Below are positions 17,858 through 27,937 of a stretch of DNA of 64,000 nucleotides, one piece after another. The stretch lies in the IMG/VR virus record IMGVR_UViG_3300012347_000286, positions 3,266 to 67,265 of that record; one strand, given 5' to 3'. The DNA is from a virus. The notes under the pieces were generated by a model. That model was not told the DNA's origin, did not search any database, and worked only from the letters and a program-made list of their open reading frames with translations. Every line of letters begins with the position of its first letter. Position 1 is the stretch's first letter. A program made the position numbers and the translations under genes.

Positions 17858-18313
17858 ATGGGTCTAGACATGTACGCCTATGTTGGCAAGCCTGGTCAAC
17901 GTAGTGAATACTTTGAGCAAGATGGTCTTGAGTATGACGGTGTTAACCATGAGTGGGTAACACCTGTAGGTGGAGTGCAACCGGTTCATAAGTTAGCACA
18001 GTGGCGCAAGCATCCTAACTTACATGGCTGGATGGAACAACTTTGGATTCAGAAAGGTTGTCCCGGCATTGATTCTGAGTTTTACAAAGAAGAATATAGA
18101 CCTGACTTTAATGGCGTTGAGTTTGAACTAAGTTGGCAAGACTTAGACGACTTGGAACGTGCAGTACGTTCAGGTAACTTACCTGAAACTACCGGATTCT
18201 TCTTTGGTAATAATTCTGACAATGTATACTTTGACCAAGACTTGAAGTTTTGCATTGACGGTAAGGCAGAAATCTTCTTGGGTCAAAGAGTGTTCTACAA
18301 TTCAAGCTGGTGA
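17858..18313 (+). CDS. hypothetical protein (151 aa)
   Basis: GAGGGA RBS before the internal ATG of track ORF 17822... Confidence 0.55.
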   Translation: MGLDMYAYVGKPGQRSEYFEQDGLEYDGVNHEWVTPVGGVQPVHKLAQWRKHPNLHGWMEQLWIQKGCPGIDSEFYKEEYRPDFNGVEFELSWQDLDDLERAVRSGNLPETTGFFFGNNSDNVYFDQDLKFCIDGKAEIFLGQRVFYNSSW

Positions 18314-18528
18314 TGACCAAGTTACGTGTTGACATTCGTCCATACTTCCCTCGTATAGCTAACTACTATTGGGACAATATGGACCCAGCATCTGATGGCA
18401 GTATCTGGGTTTGGCTCAAGCGTGACTATGATATCGTCAAAATTGGGTCTATCGGGGATACTAAAGAACTATGGGTCAATTTTCCCGATGAAAAAACATT
18501 GATGTGGTTTAAGTTGAGGTGGTTATGA
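18310..18528 (+). CDS. hypothetical protein (72 aa)
   Basis: Track ORF, ATGA coupling. Confidence 0.5.
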   Translation: MMTKLRVDIRPYFPRIANYYWDNMDPASDGSIWVWLKRDYDIVKIGSIGDTKELWVNFPDEKTLMWFKLRWL

Positions 18529-18854
18529 GATTAATGTTAGGTACAAAAGAACGGCCCGAGTTACTTGTCAACGTCAAGCAAGAACACAGTCCTACTCATT
18601 TTGAATTTTGGGTAGTCAATGGTAATTGGGATGGCACATTCTATAACGGGTATGTCACTGTGCATCATCCTTATAACCCACATTCTAGTCTTGATAAGGT
18701 TGAAATACTCTGTGACAATCAAGACAGGTTACGTAGCAGTGACTGGAGTGGTGGCTATCAAGCAGTGTTTGATAACTTCCACAATGAAACGTATGTGGCA
18801 CCTAAGCCTAAGCCAGTAGTATATGACGATATGGATGACGATATCCCATTCTAA
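18519..18854 (+). CDS. hypothetical protein (111 aa)
   Basis: Track ORF. Confidence 0.5.
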   Translation: MVMRLMLGTKERPELLVNVKQEHSPTHFEFWVVNGNWDGTFYNGYVTVHHPYNPHSSLDKVEILCDNQDRLRSSDWSGGYQAVFDNFHNETYVAPKPKPVVYDDMDDDIPF

Positions 18855-18857
18855 GGC

Positions 18858-18886
18858 TTGACAATAAACCCATTTGGATGTATAAT
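18858..18886 (+). promoter_or_regulatory. sigma70 promoter (same family; TTGACA-17-TATAAT)
   Basis: GGCTTGACAATAAACCCATTTGGATGTATAATATACACATAGAT. Confidence 0.75.
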
Positions 18887-18913
18887 ATACACATAGATTA
18901 GATAGGAACACCC

Positions 18914-20251
18914 ATGACAGCAAGTTGGATTAACAAGTTAAACGAATCAGATAGTCGCCTTCACAAAGAAGACGTAGTAAAGCAAGCACTTGAGGCGTGT
19001 GTTCTAGGGAGTGTCAACGCACAGACTTTCTTAGGACTAGCTAAAGCAACTTATAATCCATATGTCACGTTCGGTGTCAAACAAATTCCAGATACAGTAG
19101 GTATCGTCGGCGCTGAGAACCCTTGGCAGGATTTCAACGAACTGTTGATTCAATTATCTCAGCGCCGACTTACTGGTCACGCGGCACGTGATGCTATTCA
19201 AAACATGGCTGAACGTTTTGACAGTGATGAATGGAATACATTCTGTGCGGCAGTACTGCGCCGAGACTTACGTGCAGGTATCTCTAGCACAACTATCAAC
19301 AAAATCTGTAAAAAGACTGATTGGGAAATTCCAGTGTTCGGTTGCCAACTAGCAACTAACAGTGAAGGTCGCCCTGAAATGAAGGGTATCAAACGACTTG
19401 AGCCTAAGTTAGATGGTGTGCGTATGTTGTTGATGGTCATCCCAAGTGATGATGGTGAAATCACTACAATCGCATTTAGCCGTAACGGCAAAACATTTGA
19501 TAACTTTGGTCATATCGAAGACCAAGTACGTGACAACTTTAACAAGTTGGTTCGCAAAGCCGCAACAAGTAACTTGAGCATGGGCTTTGTTATGGACGGT
19601 GAAGTGATTGGTAATAGCTTCCAAGAACTTATGCGACAAGCACGCCGCAAATCAGACGTTCAAGCTGAGGATTCAGTCTACAACGTGTTCGACATTATTC
19701 CTCTTGATGCCTTCCGTGAAGGTCATTGGAATGCTCAACTAGAAAAGCGTATCAAAATTCTTGACGACATGCGTCCAGTGTTTGATGACATGGCTAGTCT
19801 TGAATTGTTGCCACACATCATGGTTGACTTAGACACAGCAGCCGGTAAAGACCAGCTTGAGCGTTATGCACAAGATAATGTCAAGGCAGGCTTTGAAGGT
19901 ATTATGATTAAGGAAATGCAAGCTCCTTATATCTGCAAGCGTAGTACAGACTGGATGAAGTGGAAGCCAGTCATCACGGTAGATTTAGAAGTTATCGGCA
20001 TCGAAGAAGGCACCGGTCGTAACGCAGGTCGTTTGGGTGCATTAGTTTGTAATGGAGTAGATGATGGTAAGGAAATCACAGTCAATGTGGGTAGTGGTTT
20101 TAGTGACAGTGACCGAGATAACTATTGGCGTGATAGCAATTTCATCATTGGTCGAACTGCTGAGGTCATGTGTGATGTGATTACACAAAACCAAGATGGT
20201 ACTTACAGTTTGCGTTTCCCTCGCTTTGTTCGTTTCCGGGATGACAAATGA
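18914..20251 (+). CDS. ATP-dependent DNA ligase
   Basis: KLDGVR (motif I, adenylated Lys), EGIMIK (motif IV) and LRFPRFVRFRDDK (motif VI). Confidence 0.85.
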   Translation: MTASWINKLNESDSRLHKEDVVKQALEACVLGSVNAQTFLGLAKATYNPYVTFGVKQIPDTVGIVGAENPWQDFNELLIQLSQRRLTGHAARDAIQNMAERFDSDEWNTFCAAVLRRDLRAGISSTTINKICKKTDWEIPVFGCQLATNSEGRPEMKGIKRLEPKLDGVRMLLMVIPSDDGEITTIAFSRNGKTFDNFGHIEDQVRDNFNKLVRKAATSNLSMGFVMDGEVIGNSFQELMRQARRKSDVQAEDSVYNVFDIIPLDAFREGHWNAQLEKRIKILDDMRPVFDDMASLELLPHIMVDLDTAAGKDQLERYAQDNVKAGFEGIMIKEMQAPYICKRSTDWMKWKPVITVDLEVIGIEEGTGRNAGRLGALVCNGVDDGKEITVNVGSGFSDSDRDNYWRDSNFIIGRTAEVMCDVITQNQDGTYSLRFPRFVRFRDDK

Positions 20252-20493
20252 ACGACCGAGTTAATAACTTGATTGACCAGTCTGGTTTTGGCTCGTATGC
20301 TGAAATTTCAGACACTTACATTGTTCACAAAAATGATTTAGCGGAGTTCGCCGAGTTGATTGTAGAAGCAGTCTTGGATCAAGTTAAAGAACGTGCATAC
20401 TATACGGGTGACAGAGACTGGAGCGATGAAGTGGATCGCCCCTGGATTCAGTTAGAATTTGGGTACGGTCACTTAGCAGAGATGAAAAAATGA
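20248..20493 (+). CDS. hypothetical protein (81 aa)
   Basis: Track ORF. Confidence 0.5.
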   Translation: MNDRVNNLIDQSGFGSYAEISDTYIVHKNDLAEFAELIVEAVLDQVKERAYYTGDRDWSDEVDRPWIQLEFGYGHLAEMKK

Positions 20494-20657
20494 TTCCATA
20501 TACTGATTATGAGAAACTTGCCTTGCTTGAGGAAATTGAGCGGGGTGACAAAGTTGTTATCCCAACCAGCGTTGAACATGCTGAGTTTATGTTGATGGTG
20601 GCAAATGCCTATATCAACGAACACAAAAAAGAAATGCTTGACATTCTTAGGAGTTAA
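20490..20657 (+). CDS. hypothetical small protein (55 aa), not in the ORF track
   Basis: ATGA coupling. Confidence 0.4.
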   Translation: MIPYTDYEKLALLEEIERGDKVVIPTSVEHAEFMLMVANAYINEHKKEMLDILRS

Positions 20658-20812
20658 TGATGAACGATAAGAAACAAGAACTGTACACAGTGTATTGGAC
20701 ACAAGATTACCCACAATGGCAAGAAACACTTGACGAGTTGGATGAGCTTATGTTAGAATCTAGTGAGTACAAAGAAGCTAACGAGCTTATTAACCGAATC
20801 AAAGGAATATAA
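20657..20812 (+). CDS. hypothetical small protein (51 aa), not in the ORF track
   Basis: AGGAG RBS at about 20648. Confidence 0.4.
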   Translation: MMNDKKQELYTVYWTQDYPQWQETLDELDELMLESSEYKEANELINRIKGI

Positions 20813-21090
20813 TGGTAACAATCGTAAAACATGAATGGCATCAAGTTGATAGTCAATTCTTGGCAGAGATTGACGAAGACATATTGAGTCAAATCTATCC
20901 GGACTTGGATGAAGACGAAATTGCAGTTATGCTAAAGCAATTGGAAGATGGCGAGATTGATATCGATACCCTTATCGGTGAAGCCTCTGAAAATAATGTC
21001 GTAATTGAATGGGACCGCGACTACGATGACTGGTGGACAGAGCGTAAGGGTGGGTATGAAGTAACTTATGAGGTAAAAGATGAATCCTGA
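20812..21090 (+). CDS. acidic hypothetical protein (92 aa)
   Basis: Track ORF; Asp/Glu-rich. Confidence 0.5.
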   Translation: MVTIVKHEWHQVDSQFLAEIDEDILSQIYPDLDEDEIAVMLKQLEDGEIDIDTLIGEASENNVVIEWDRDYDDWWTERKGGYEVTYEVKDES

Positions 21091-21274
21091 AGAACTAGTA
21101 GGAAAAGAATTTATCTTTGAAGATGGTAACTCGATTAAAGTAATGCAAACACGCCGCCGCGATGACGGTCATTGGGTAACAGCACATATTTTTTCGGGCA
21201 GGGGTATTCCTCGACAGCTTACTATGCCTCACCAAGAATTTGTAGATACATACGGACACCTATTTAAAGACTAA
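21080..21274 (+). CDS. hypothetical protein (64 aa)
   Basis: Track ORF. Confidence 0.45.
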   Translation: MNPEELVGKEFIFEDGNSIKVMQTRRRDDGHWVTAHIFSGRGIPRQLTMPHQEFVDTYGHLFKD

Positions 21275-21284
21275 ATATTATGTT

Positions 21285-22847
21285 ATGTTAAAAAGAATCT
21301 TTTCACTAAGTAACGGGGCGTTGCTCGTTGCACTATCATTAAGTACTATTGCCGCTTGGTATAGTATCATCGGTCTAACCGCTATCTTCGCAGGTGCGGT
21401 TGTTCCCATTATCATTATGGGTACTGCACTAGAGTTTGCAAAGATTACAACCACAGTTTGGTTACGTAAGTACTGGTATCGCTGTTCATTGATTATGAAG
21501 ATATACCTAGTTCCTGCTGTTGTGTTACTAGCACTATTGACTAGTATGGGTATCTTTGGATTCTTATCTAAAGCACACATGGATCAAGGAATTGGGTCAG
21601 GCGATGTGCAGGCTAAAGTGTCCTTGCTTGACGAAAAGATTGCTACTCAGCGTGAAACTATCAAGTCAAGTAAGTCTATGCTGGCTCAAATGGATCAGCA
21701 AGTTAACGACATTATGACTAAGGGCGATAGTGAAAAGTCAGTTGAGCGTTCGGTTACGATTCGTAAACAACAGGCTAAAGAACGTGCCTCACTGCAAAAA
21801 GATATTGAAGTTGCAAACAAAGAAATCGCAAAACTAAACGAAGAACGAGCACCTATTGCTAGTGAACTACGCAAAGTAGAAGCAGAGGTAGGTCCTATCA
21901 AGTATATCGCTGCCCTTATTTACGGTGACAATGCTGATGCAAATATGCTTGAAGCTGCGGTTCGTTGGGTTATTATCTTACTCGTTGTGGTCTTTGATCC
22001 ACTTGCTATCATGTTAGTATTAGCTGCTAATCAAAGTAAAGAGTGGGACGAAAACAATGACGTAGAAGAAGAAAACAAACTACGTGAACAAGTTGAGCAT
22101 GATAAAGTAGTTGAGACTATTTTAGAAGAAGTTCCGGTAGTAGAAGAATCAGTTGTTCTTGAAGTAACTGACGAAGAGGAAGAAGCATTCAGAGAGTTAG
22201 AGCCCAAGCCTGAACCAGAAAAGAGCATGGCAGAACTTCACCCATATTTGAATCAACCATTCACTCACTTTGAGAATACTACACCAATTGTTCACAAACC
22301 AGAAGTTGAAGAACCAGCGTATGAACAAGATGACGGTCCTTTAACAGAAGAACAGGTTGAACAGATTGTTGAATCAGCAGAGGTTCCTAAAATCTTAGCA
22401 ATGGGAATTGACGATGTTGAACGTCCTGGTGACTACGTGCTTCCCAAAGATGATTACGTGCTACCTGATTTTAAAGTGATTCCTGGTAGTGATTTTATTG
22501 AGTACGAAGGCAAAAAGATGCACAAGAGTGCATTTAAGGACCGTCACCCGGAACTCGCACTTGAGGTAGATAGACCAAGAGAACCTAAGACAGACTTTGG
22601 ATCATCCTTTCCATTAGCTCCTCTTGCTGGTGACACTTTTGTGCGTGTTGACACTATCCCAAATAGTGTATACAAGTTCAATGGCATACGTTGGATAGAG
22701 ACAAACAGAAGTACTACTGACACCTACTTATCTAATGCGGATTACATACAGTTCTTGGTAGAGAAAATTGCTACTGGAGAATATGATCCTGAGCAATTAA
22801 CCGAACAAGAAGAAGAAGCAATTCGTATTCATATTGCAAACTCATAA
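21285..22847 (+). CDS. large membrane protein: N-terminal TM helices, central coiled coil, acidic C-terminal domain
   Basis: Three to four hydrophobic segments, then a KE-rich heptad region, then an E/D-rich tail. Confidence 0.6.
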   Translation: MLKRIFSLSNGALLVALSLSTIAAWYSIIGLTAIFAGAVVPIIIMGTALEFAKITTTVWLRKYWYRCSLIMKIYLVPAVVLLALLTSMGIFGFLSKAHMDQGIGSGDVQAKVSLLDEKIATQRETIKSSKSMLAQMDQQVNDIMTKGDSEKSVERSVTIRKQQAKERASLQKDIEVANKEIAKLNEERAPIASELRKVEAEVGPIKYIAALIYGDNADANMLEAAVRWVIILLVVVFDPLAIMLVLAANQSKEWDENNDVEEENKLREQVEHDKVVETILEEVPVVEESVVLEVTDEEEEAFRELEPKPEPEKSMAELHPYLNQPFTHFENTTPIVHKPEVEEPAYEQDDGPLTEEQVEQIVESAEVPKILAMGIDDVERPGDYVLPKDDYVLPDFKVIPGSDFIEYEGKKMHKSAFKDRHPELALEVDRPREPKTDFGSSFPLAPLAGDTFVRVDTIPNSVYKFNGIRWIETNRSTTDTYLSNADYIQFLVEKIATGEYDPEQLTEQEEEAIRIHIANS

Positions 22848-22860
22848 GATAACAAAAAGG

Positions 22861-22889
22861 TTGACAAATAACCCATTGTCTGCTATACT
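22861..22889 (+). promoter_or_regulatory. sigma70 promoter (TTGACA-17-TATACT)
   Basis: GGTTGACAAATAACCCATTGTCTGCTATACT. Confidence 0.65.
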
Positions 22890-22920
22890 ATCTTCATTGT
22901 TTAACTAAAGGGAATTTTTT

Positions 22921-23529
22921 ATGAAACGTATTCTTACTGCGGTCGCTGTAACAGCTTTGATTACCGGATGCTCTAGTATCAAGCCCACAGAGACTATCGC
23001 AGAGCAAAAACTATCAACCTCGTTTGTTAGTGAAAAAATCAAAATCGAGACTAAATGCTCTTGGATGGGCATGGGTAATGAGTGCAAAATCGTTGCTATC
23101 GAAGCAACCGGTACTGCACCCAGTTTCGGTTCAACTGTCAACAATCGTAAAATTGCACTAACTCGCGCCGAAATGCGAGCCAAAGCAAACGTTGCAGAGT
23201 TCTTGGATAATCAAATTAGCACAAGTCGAGTTAATACTACTATCGCAAAGAACATTGAACGAGCCACTGACAAGGTTCGTCAAGGCAAGGCTGACAGTGA
23301 GGCAGTCGAAATGACAGACACCGAAGCTAAGAACATTTCCCTTCGTGAGAATCAAAACGATACTGCATCTACTTTGACCGAAACTATCCGAACATCTGCA
23401 CAGGCAGTATTGCGTGGTTTCCGTAAAATTGATGAACGTGTAGTAGGAGACCAAGAAGTTGCAGTAACCATTCGTTGGGACATTGGGGCTAACACCTCTC
23501 GTAAGCAACTTATTCAATTGATGCAATGA
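22921..23529 (+). CDS. lipoprotein (lipobox ITGC)
   Basis: MKRILTAVAVTALITGCSS. Confidence 0.6.
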   Translation: MKRILTAVAVTALITGCSSIKPTETIAEQKLSTSFVSEKIKIETKCSWMGMGNECKIVAIEATGTAPSFGSTVNNRKIALTRAEMRAKANVAEFLDNQISTSRVNTTIAKNIERATDKVRQGKADSEAVEMTDTEAKNISLRENQNDTASTLTETIRTSAQAVLRGFRKIDERVVGDQEVAVTIRWDIGANTSRKQLIQLMQ

Positions 23530-24524
23530 AGCATCTAATCTTATTGCTCACGTTGGCACTAGTGTCAGCGTGTGCATCAAAGCCTGCGAAAACTGCGCAC
23601 AGTTTTGACGACAGTATACCTGTACAAGTAGTCGGTGTAGGTAGTACATTCAGTGAAGCCAAGACTAATGGCTTTAATCGAGCAATTGAATATGTCGTGG
23701 GTACAGTCATTGTAACCGAGAAAGAATCGAAACATGATTCCCTAACTCGAAATGAAATTATCAATCATAGTTCGGGTTATGTAGACACCTACACTATCAT
23801 ACGTGAAGATACTGTAAACGGTCGAGTTAGATTGACAATGGATGTGTATATTAAGCACAGTAAGATTGCCAATCGAATCCTCAATAAGGATAAAGAGCAA
23901 ACAACAGTAAACGGTGACCAACTAGCAACACAGTATTCTACCTACTTAAATTCTCGTACAACGGTTACTCAGGTTATCAACACAGTATTAAATGATTACC
24001 CGTCACGGGCGTTCACTGTTAAAAAGGTGAAGTCAGAATTTTTACTAGATAACGAGAACAATGCTAGGTTGTTGATAACTTACAGGTTAGACTGGAACTA
24101 TAACTATCTAGTTTCGTTGAACGAAGCATTGCAGATGGGTGCAGATGACCGTAATGCAAACATTACACAAAATCGTGTGTTGGTTAACAGCAAGAAGCCT
24201 GAGAACTGGCTCTTAGGTGAGGGTAAGAACTACTATTTCAATGATAACAAGTTATATTCCCTAATCTATGAAAAACTTCACGTAACTACAGTCGTTTATG
24301 CTATAATACTAGATGTGAGAGACAACGCAATTAGTTGCGACCAATCACACCATGACATGGTAGCAGGAGGTAGTTGGCTTTGGGTTCAAGGTCACATATC
24401 TCCCCAATCAACAATCGATATTACGATAGATCCTATCTCTGTGAAAAAGTTGAGTGGTGCGCATAACATCGAACTTGGCGTCAGCGGAGATACTAATTAT
24501 TGTAAAAATCTAAAGCGAAGATAA
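23526..24524 (+). CDS. lipoprotein (lipobox VSAC)
   Basis: MKHLILLLTLALVSACAS. Confidence 0.6.
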   Translation: MKHLILLLTLALVSACASKPAKTAHSFDDSIPVQVVGVGSTFSEAKTNGFNRAIEYVVGTVIVTEKESKHDSLTRNEIINHSSGYVDTYTIIREDTVNGRVRLTMDVYIKHSKIANRILNKDKEQTTVNGDQLATQYSTYLNSRTTVTQVINTVLNDYPSRAFTVKKVKSEFLLDNENNARLLITYRLDWNYNYLVSLNEALQMGADDRNANITQNRVLVNSKKPENWLLGEGKNYYFNDNKLYSLIYEKLHVTTVVYAIILDVRDNAISCDQSHHDMVAGGSWLWVQGHISPQSTIDITIDPISVKKLSGAHNIELGVSGDTNYCKNLKRR

Positions 24525-24532
24525 GTATTATA

Positions 24533-25732
24533 ATGACTGATGAATCAAAACAACTAAACCATTGTAGTTTCTGCGGAGCAAGCAAAGAAGCAGTTAAAAA
24601 ATTAGTAGTAGGTGAAACTGCCGCTATTTGTAGTGACTGTATTGAACTTTGTGAGGACCTAATTGAGGACGAAATCTCGGAAGAACAGGAGACTACAAAT
24701 CCTGACTACGATCCTGAATCTATCAAAGAGTTTCTGGATCAGCATGTCATCGGTCAAAATGATGCTAAAACTGTATTGAGCGTTGCCATTGCAAACCATT
24801 ACAAGCGTATCAATCACCCACCAAAAGACTTAGAGATTCAAAAGGGAAACGTTCTTATCGTAGGGCCCACGGGTAGTGGTAAAACATTGCTTGCTAAGAC
24901 TGCTGCCAAGTTTCTCAAAGTGCCCTTTGTAGTCGCTGATGCAACTAGTTTGACAGAAGCCGGATACGTCGGTGATGATGTAGAATCCATGATATCAATG
25001 TTACTTAACGCGGCTGGGGGAGACAAAGAACTAGCAGAGCGCGGTATTGTATTCGTTGATGAAATTGACAAAATCGCCCGTAAGAGCGAAGGTTCTAGTA
25101 TCACACGTGACGTATCCGGCGAAGGCGTACAGCAAGCACTATTGAAGATGGTTGAAGGCACAACTTGTCGAGTACAAAGCTCCGGTGGACGCAAGCACCC
25201 AGGCGGTGATATGGCTGAAATCAACACAAAGAACATCCTCTTTATTGCAGGCGGTGCTTTTGTTGGATTGAAAGACGTTATCGGTAAAAGAACAAACAAC
25301 TCTGGCATTGGCTTCACTGCCGGTGTCAAGGATGCTAAGGTTGAAGGTGACTTGAGTAAAGTAACACCCGACGACTTGACTAAGTTTGGTATGATTCCTG
25401 AGTTTATCGGTCGTTTCACAACTACAGTAAGCATTAGCGAATTGACCAAAGAACAGTTAATCCACATTCTTACTGATGTTAAGAACAATTATGTTGCTCA
25501 ATATAAGTATTTGCTCAAGTTAGATGGAATCGAGCTAACCTTCACTAGTGATGCATTGGATGAACTAGCAGAACGTTGCTTAAAACTCAAAACAGGTGCT
25601 CGTGGATTGCACACTGAGATTGAACGTGTACTAATGCCCCATATGTATCGTACTAGATACTACCGCCAAAATGAAATTAAGATGCTAAATATAGATAAGG
25701 AGCAGGTTATAAACCCACAAGCTATTCTATGA
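24533..25732 (+). CDS. clpX: ClpX ATP-dependent protease ATPase subunit
   Basis: N-terminal C4 zinc finger (CSFCG...CSDCIELC), Walker A GPTGSGKT, GYVG pore loop, Walker B VDEIDK and IGF ClpP-docking loop. Confidence 0.9.
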   Translation: MTDESKQLNHCSFCGASKEAVKKLVVGETAAICSDCIELCEDLIEDEISEEQETTNPDYDPESIKEFLDQHVIGQNDAKTVLSVAIANHYKRINHPPKDLEIQKGNVLIVGPTGSGKTLLAKTAAKFLKVPFVVADATSLTEAGYVGDDVESMISMLLNAAGGDKELAERGIVFVDEIDKIARKSEGSSITRDVSGEGVQQALLKMVEGTTCRVQSSGGRKHPGGDMAEINTKNILFIAGGAFVGLKDVIGKRTNNSGIGFTAGVKDAKVEGDLSKVTPDDLTKFGMIPEFIGRFTTTVSISELTKEQLIHILTDVKNNYVAQYKYLLKLDGIELTFTSDALDELAERCLKLKTGARGLHTEIERVLMPHMYRTRYYRQNEIKMLNIDKEQVINPQAIL

Positions 25733-25950
25733 GCATAAAAGGCAGACGAGTACAAGTACATGACGGCAACGTTGAAAAAGCGTTGCGCAAATTTAAGAAG
25801 AAAATTCTTGAGCAAGGTCTTATCCAAGAGATACGTGACCGACAAGAATATGTGAAACCAACGACCAGACGCAAAGTTGCTGCGGGACAAGCGGAAAGTC
25901 GTTGGAAGAAACATCTACGTAGCCAACAGCTACCCCCAAAACAATACTAA
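25729..25950 (+). CDS. rpsU: ribosomal protein S21 (bS21) homolog
   Basis: VEKALRKFKKKILEQGLIQEIRDRQEYVKPTTRRK aligns with E. coli S21 ([32 protein letters not shown]). Confidence 0.8.
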   Translation: MSIKGRRVQVHDGNVEKALRKFKKKILEQGLIQEIRDRQEYVKPTTRRKVAAGQAESRWKKHLRSQQLPPKQY

Positions 25951-26056
25951 CCCAATAATATACAAATATTTTACGCAATCATGTAAAATATATAAATACG
26001 TTATAGATGCTTAACTGGTCTATAAGTTACAATCTTGCTTTTTAAAGGAGAAAAAT

Positions 26057-27937
26057 ATGAGCAAAGTCATCGGTATCGACCTCGGTACCACAAATTCATG
26101 CGTAGCCGTTATTGAAAACGGAATCCCCAAAGTTATTGAGAATTCAGAAGGTGCTAGAACAACACCATCTATCGTTGCTTACACAAGTGATGAAATTCTA
26201 GTAGGCGCAAGCGCAAAGCGTCAGGCAGTAACAAACCCAAAGAACACAGTATACGCAAGCAAGCGTTTAATCGGTCGCAAGTTCGCCGAAGAAGCTGTCC
26301 AAAAAGATATTAATTTGATGCCATACAAAATCGTTGCTAATGACAACGGTGATGCATGGGTTCAAGTTAACGAAGATAAGTTAGCACCTCCGCAAATCTC
26401 AGCAGAAGTATTGCGCAAGATGAAGAAGACTGCGGAAGACTATCTAGGTGAAGAAGTCACCCAAGCAGTTATCACAGTTCCAGCATACTTTAACGATAGT
26501 CAACGTCAAGCAACGAAAGATGCTGGTCGTATTGCTGGTCTAGAAGTATTGCGTATTATCAACGAACCAACAGCAGCCGCACTAGCATACGGTGTTGACA
26601 AGCAAGACAAGAAAGACCGTAAAGTCGCAGTCTATGACTTAGGTGGAGGTACGTTTGACGTATCTATCATTGAGTTGGCAGACGTTGATGGTGATAAGCA
26701 GATTGAAGTTCTATCAACAAACGGCGACACTTTCTTGGGCGGTGAAGATTTCGACCAACGCATCATGGATTACTTGGTTGAAGAGTTTAAGAAAGAGTCC
26801 GGCGTTGACTTGACTAAAGACGTTCTTGCATTGCAACGTTTGAAAGAAGCCGCAGAGAAGGCTAAGATTGAATTGTCAAGTTCACAAAGCACAAGTGTTA
26901 ACTTGCCATACGTTACAGCAGACGCATCAGGTCCTAAACACTTGAACGTTACAATCAATCGTGCTAAGTTGGAACAACTAGTTGATGAATTGATTCAACG
27001 TAGTCTTGCCCCATGTAAGCAAGCGATGAAGGATGCAGGCGTTACTGCAAGTGACATTGACGAAGTTATCTTAGTCGGTGGTATGACACGTATGCCAAAG
27101 GTGCAAGAAGTTGTTGAACAATTGTTTGGCAAAGCACCTCGCAAAGATGTTAACCCAGACGAAGCAGTTGCCGCTGGTGCAGCTATTCAAGGTTCTGTTC
27201 TAGCAGGTGACCGTACTGACGTTCTATTGCTTGACGTTACTCCACTATCATTGGGTATCGAAACGATGGGCAATGTGTTCTCAAAAGTTATCAACAAGAA
27301 TACAACTATCCCTACTAAGGCTTCACAGACTTTCAGTACAGCACAGGACAATCAACCTGCTGTTACAATCAAAGTAGGACAGGGTGAGCGTGAACTATTC
27401 CAATATAATAAAGTACTTGGTGAGTTCAACTTAGATGGTATTGCACCAGCACCCCGCGGTATGCCTCAAATCGAAGTTACGTTTGATATTGACGCAAACG
27501 GTATCATGCACATCAGTGCTAAAGACAAGGGTACAGGTAAAGAGAACAAAATCACTATCAAGTCTAACTCAGGTTTGACAGAAGCAGAGATTCAGCAAAT
27601 GGTTAAAGATGCTGAGGACAATGCAGAAGCAGATAAGAAACACGTTGAATTGGTACAAGCACGTAACGGTGCTGAAGGTACGTACAACACGTTTAAGAAA
27701 GACTTTGATTCATACAAGGATCAAGTAACAGAAGAAGAACGTACCAAAGCAGAAGAAGCATTGAACGCTATTCAAGAGGCACTTAAAGGTGAAGATGTAG
27801 AAGCAATTCAAAAAGCTACTACTGATTTGTATCAATCGATTGGTCCAATCACCGCTAAGAAGCACGAAGCAGAAGAGGCTGCAAAGCCAAAAGCTGATGA
27901 CAACATCACTGATGCAGAAGTTAAGGAGGCGGTATGA
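26057..27937 (+). CDS. dnaK: DnaK (Hsp70) chaperone
   Basis: [22 protein letters not shown] and [11 protein letters not shown] are Hsp70 signatures; full-length. Confidence 0.95.
   Translation: MSKVIGIDLGTTNSCVAVIENGIPKVIENSEGARTTPSIVAYTSDEILVGASAKRQAVTNPKNTVYASKRLIGRKFAEEAVQKDINLMPYKIVANDNGDAWVQVNEDKLAPPQISAEVLRKMKKTAEDYLGEEVTQAVITVPAYFNDSQRQATKDAGRIAGLEVLRIINEPTAAALAYGVDKQDKKDRKVAVYDLGGGTFDVSIIELADVDGDKQIEVLSTNGDTFLGGEDFDQRIMDYLVEEFKKESGVDLTKDVLALQRLKEAAEKAKIELSSSQSTSVNLPYVTADASGPKHLNVTINRAKLEQLVDELIQRSLAPCKQAMKDAGVTASDIDEVILVGGMTRMPKVQEVVEQLFGKAPRKDVNPDEAVAAGAAIQGSVLAGDRTDVLLLDVTPLSLGIETMGNVFSKVINKNTTIPTKASQTFSTAQDNQPAVTIKVGQGERELFQYNKVLGEFNLDGIAPAPRGMPQIEVTFDIDANGIMHISAKDKGTGKENKITIKSNSGLTEAEIQQMVKDAEDNAEADKKHVELVQARNGAEGTYNTFKKDFDSYKDQVTEEERTKAEEALNAIQEALKGEDVEAIQKATTDLYQSIGPITAKKHEAEEAAKPKADDNITDAEVKEAV

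Noticed and set aside
24838-25488. 216-aa minus-strand ORF inside clpX, and similar antisense ORFs inside dnaK (26770..26958, 27710..27967), the tail fibre (47551..47967, 48223..48411, 48784..48996, 49282..49485), the ligase and the helicase
   Set aside because: Fully contained antisense within strongly supported genes. No RBS. Low-complexity translations.
25951-26056. Searched upstream of dnaK for a sigma32 heat-shock promoter (CTTGAAA-N13-15-CCCCAT) or a CIRCE element
   Set aside because: Neither consensus is present. The region is AT-rich with only weak sigma70-like hexamers. dnaK may be read through from the clpX-S21 transcript.
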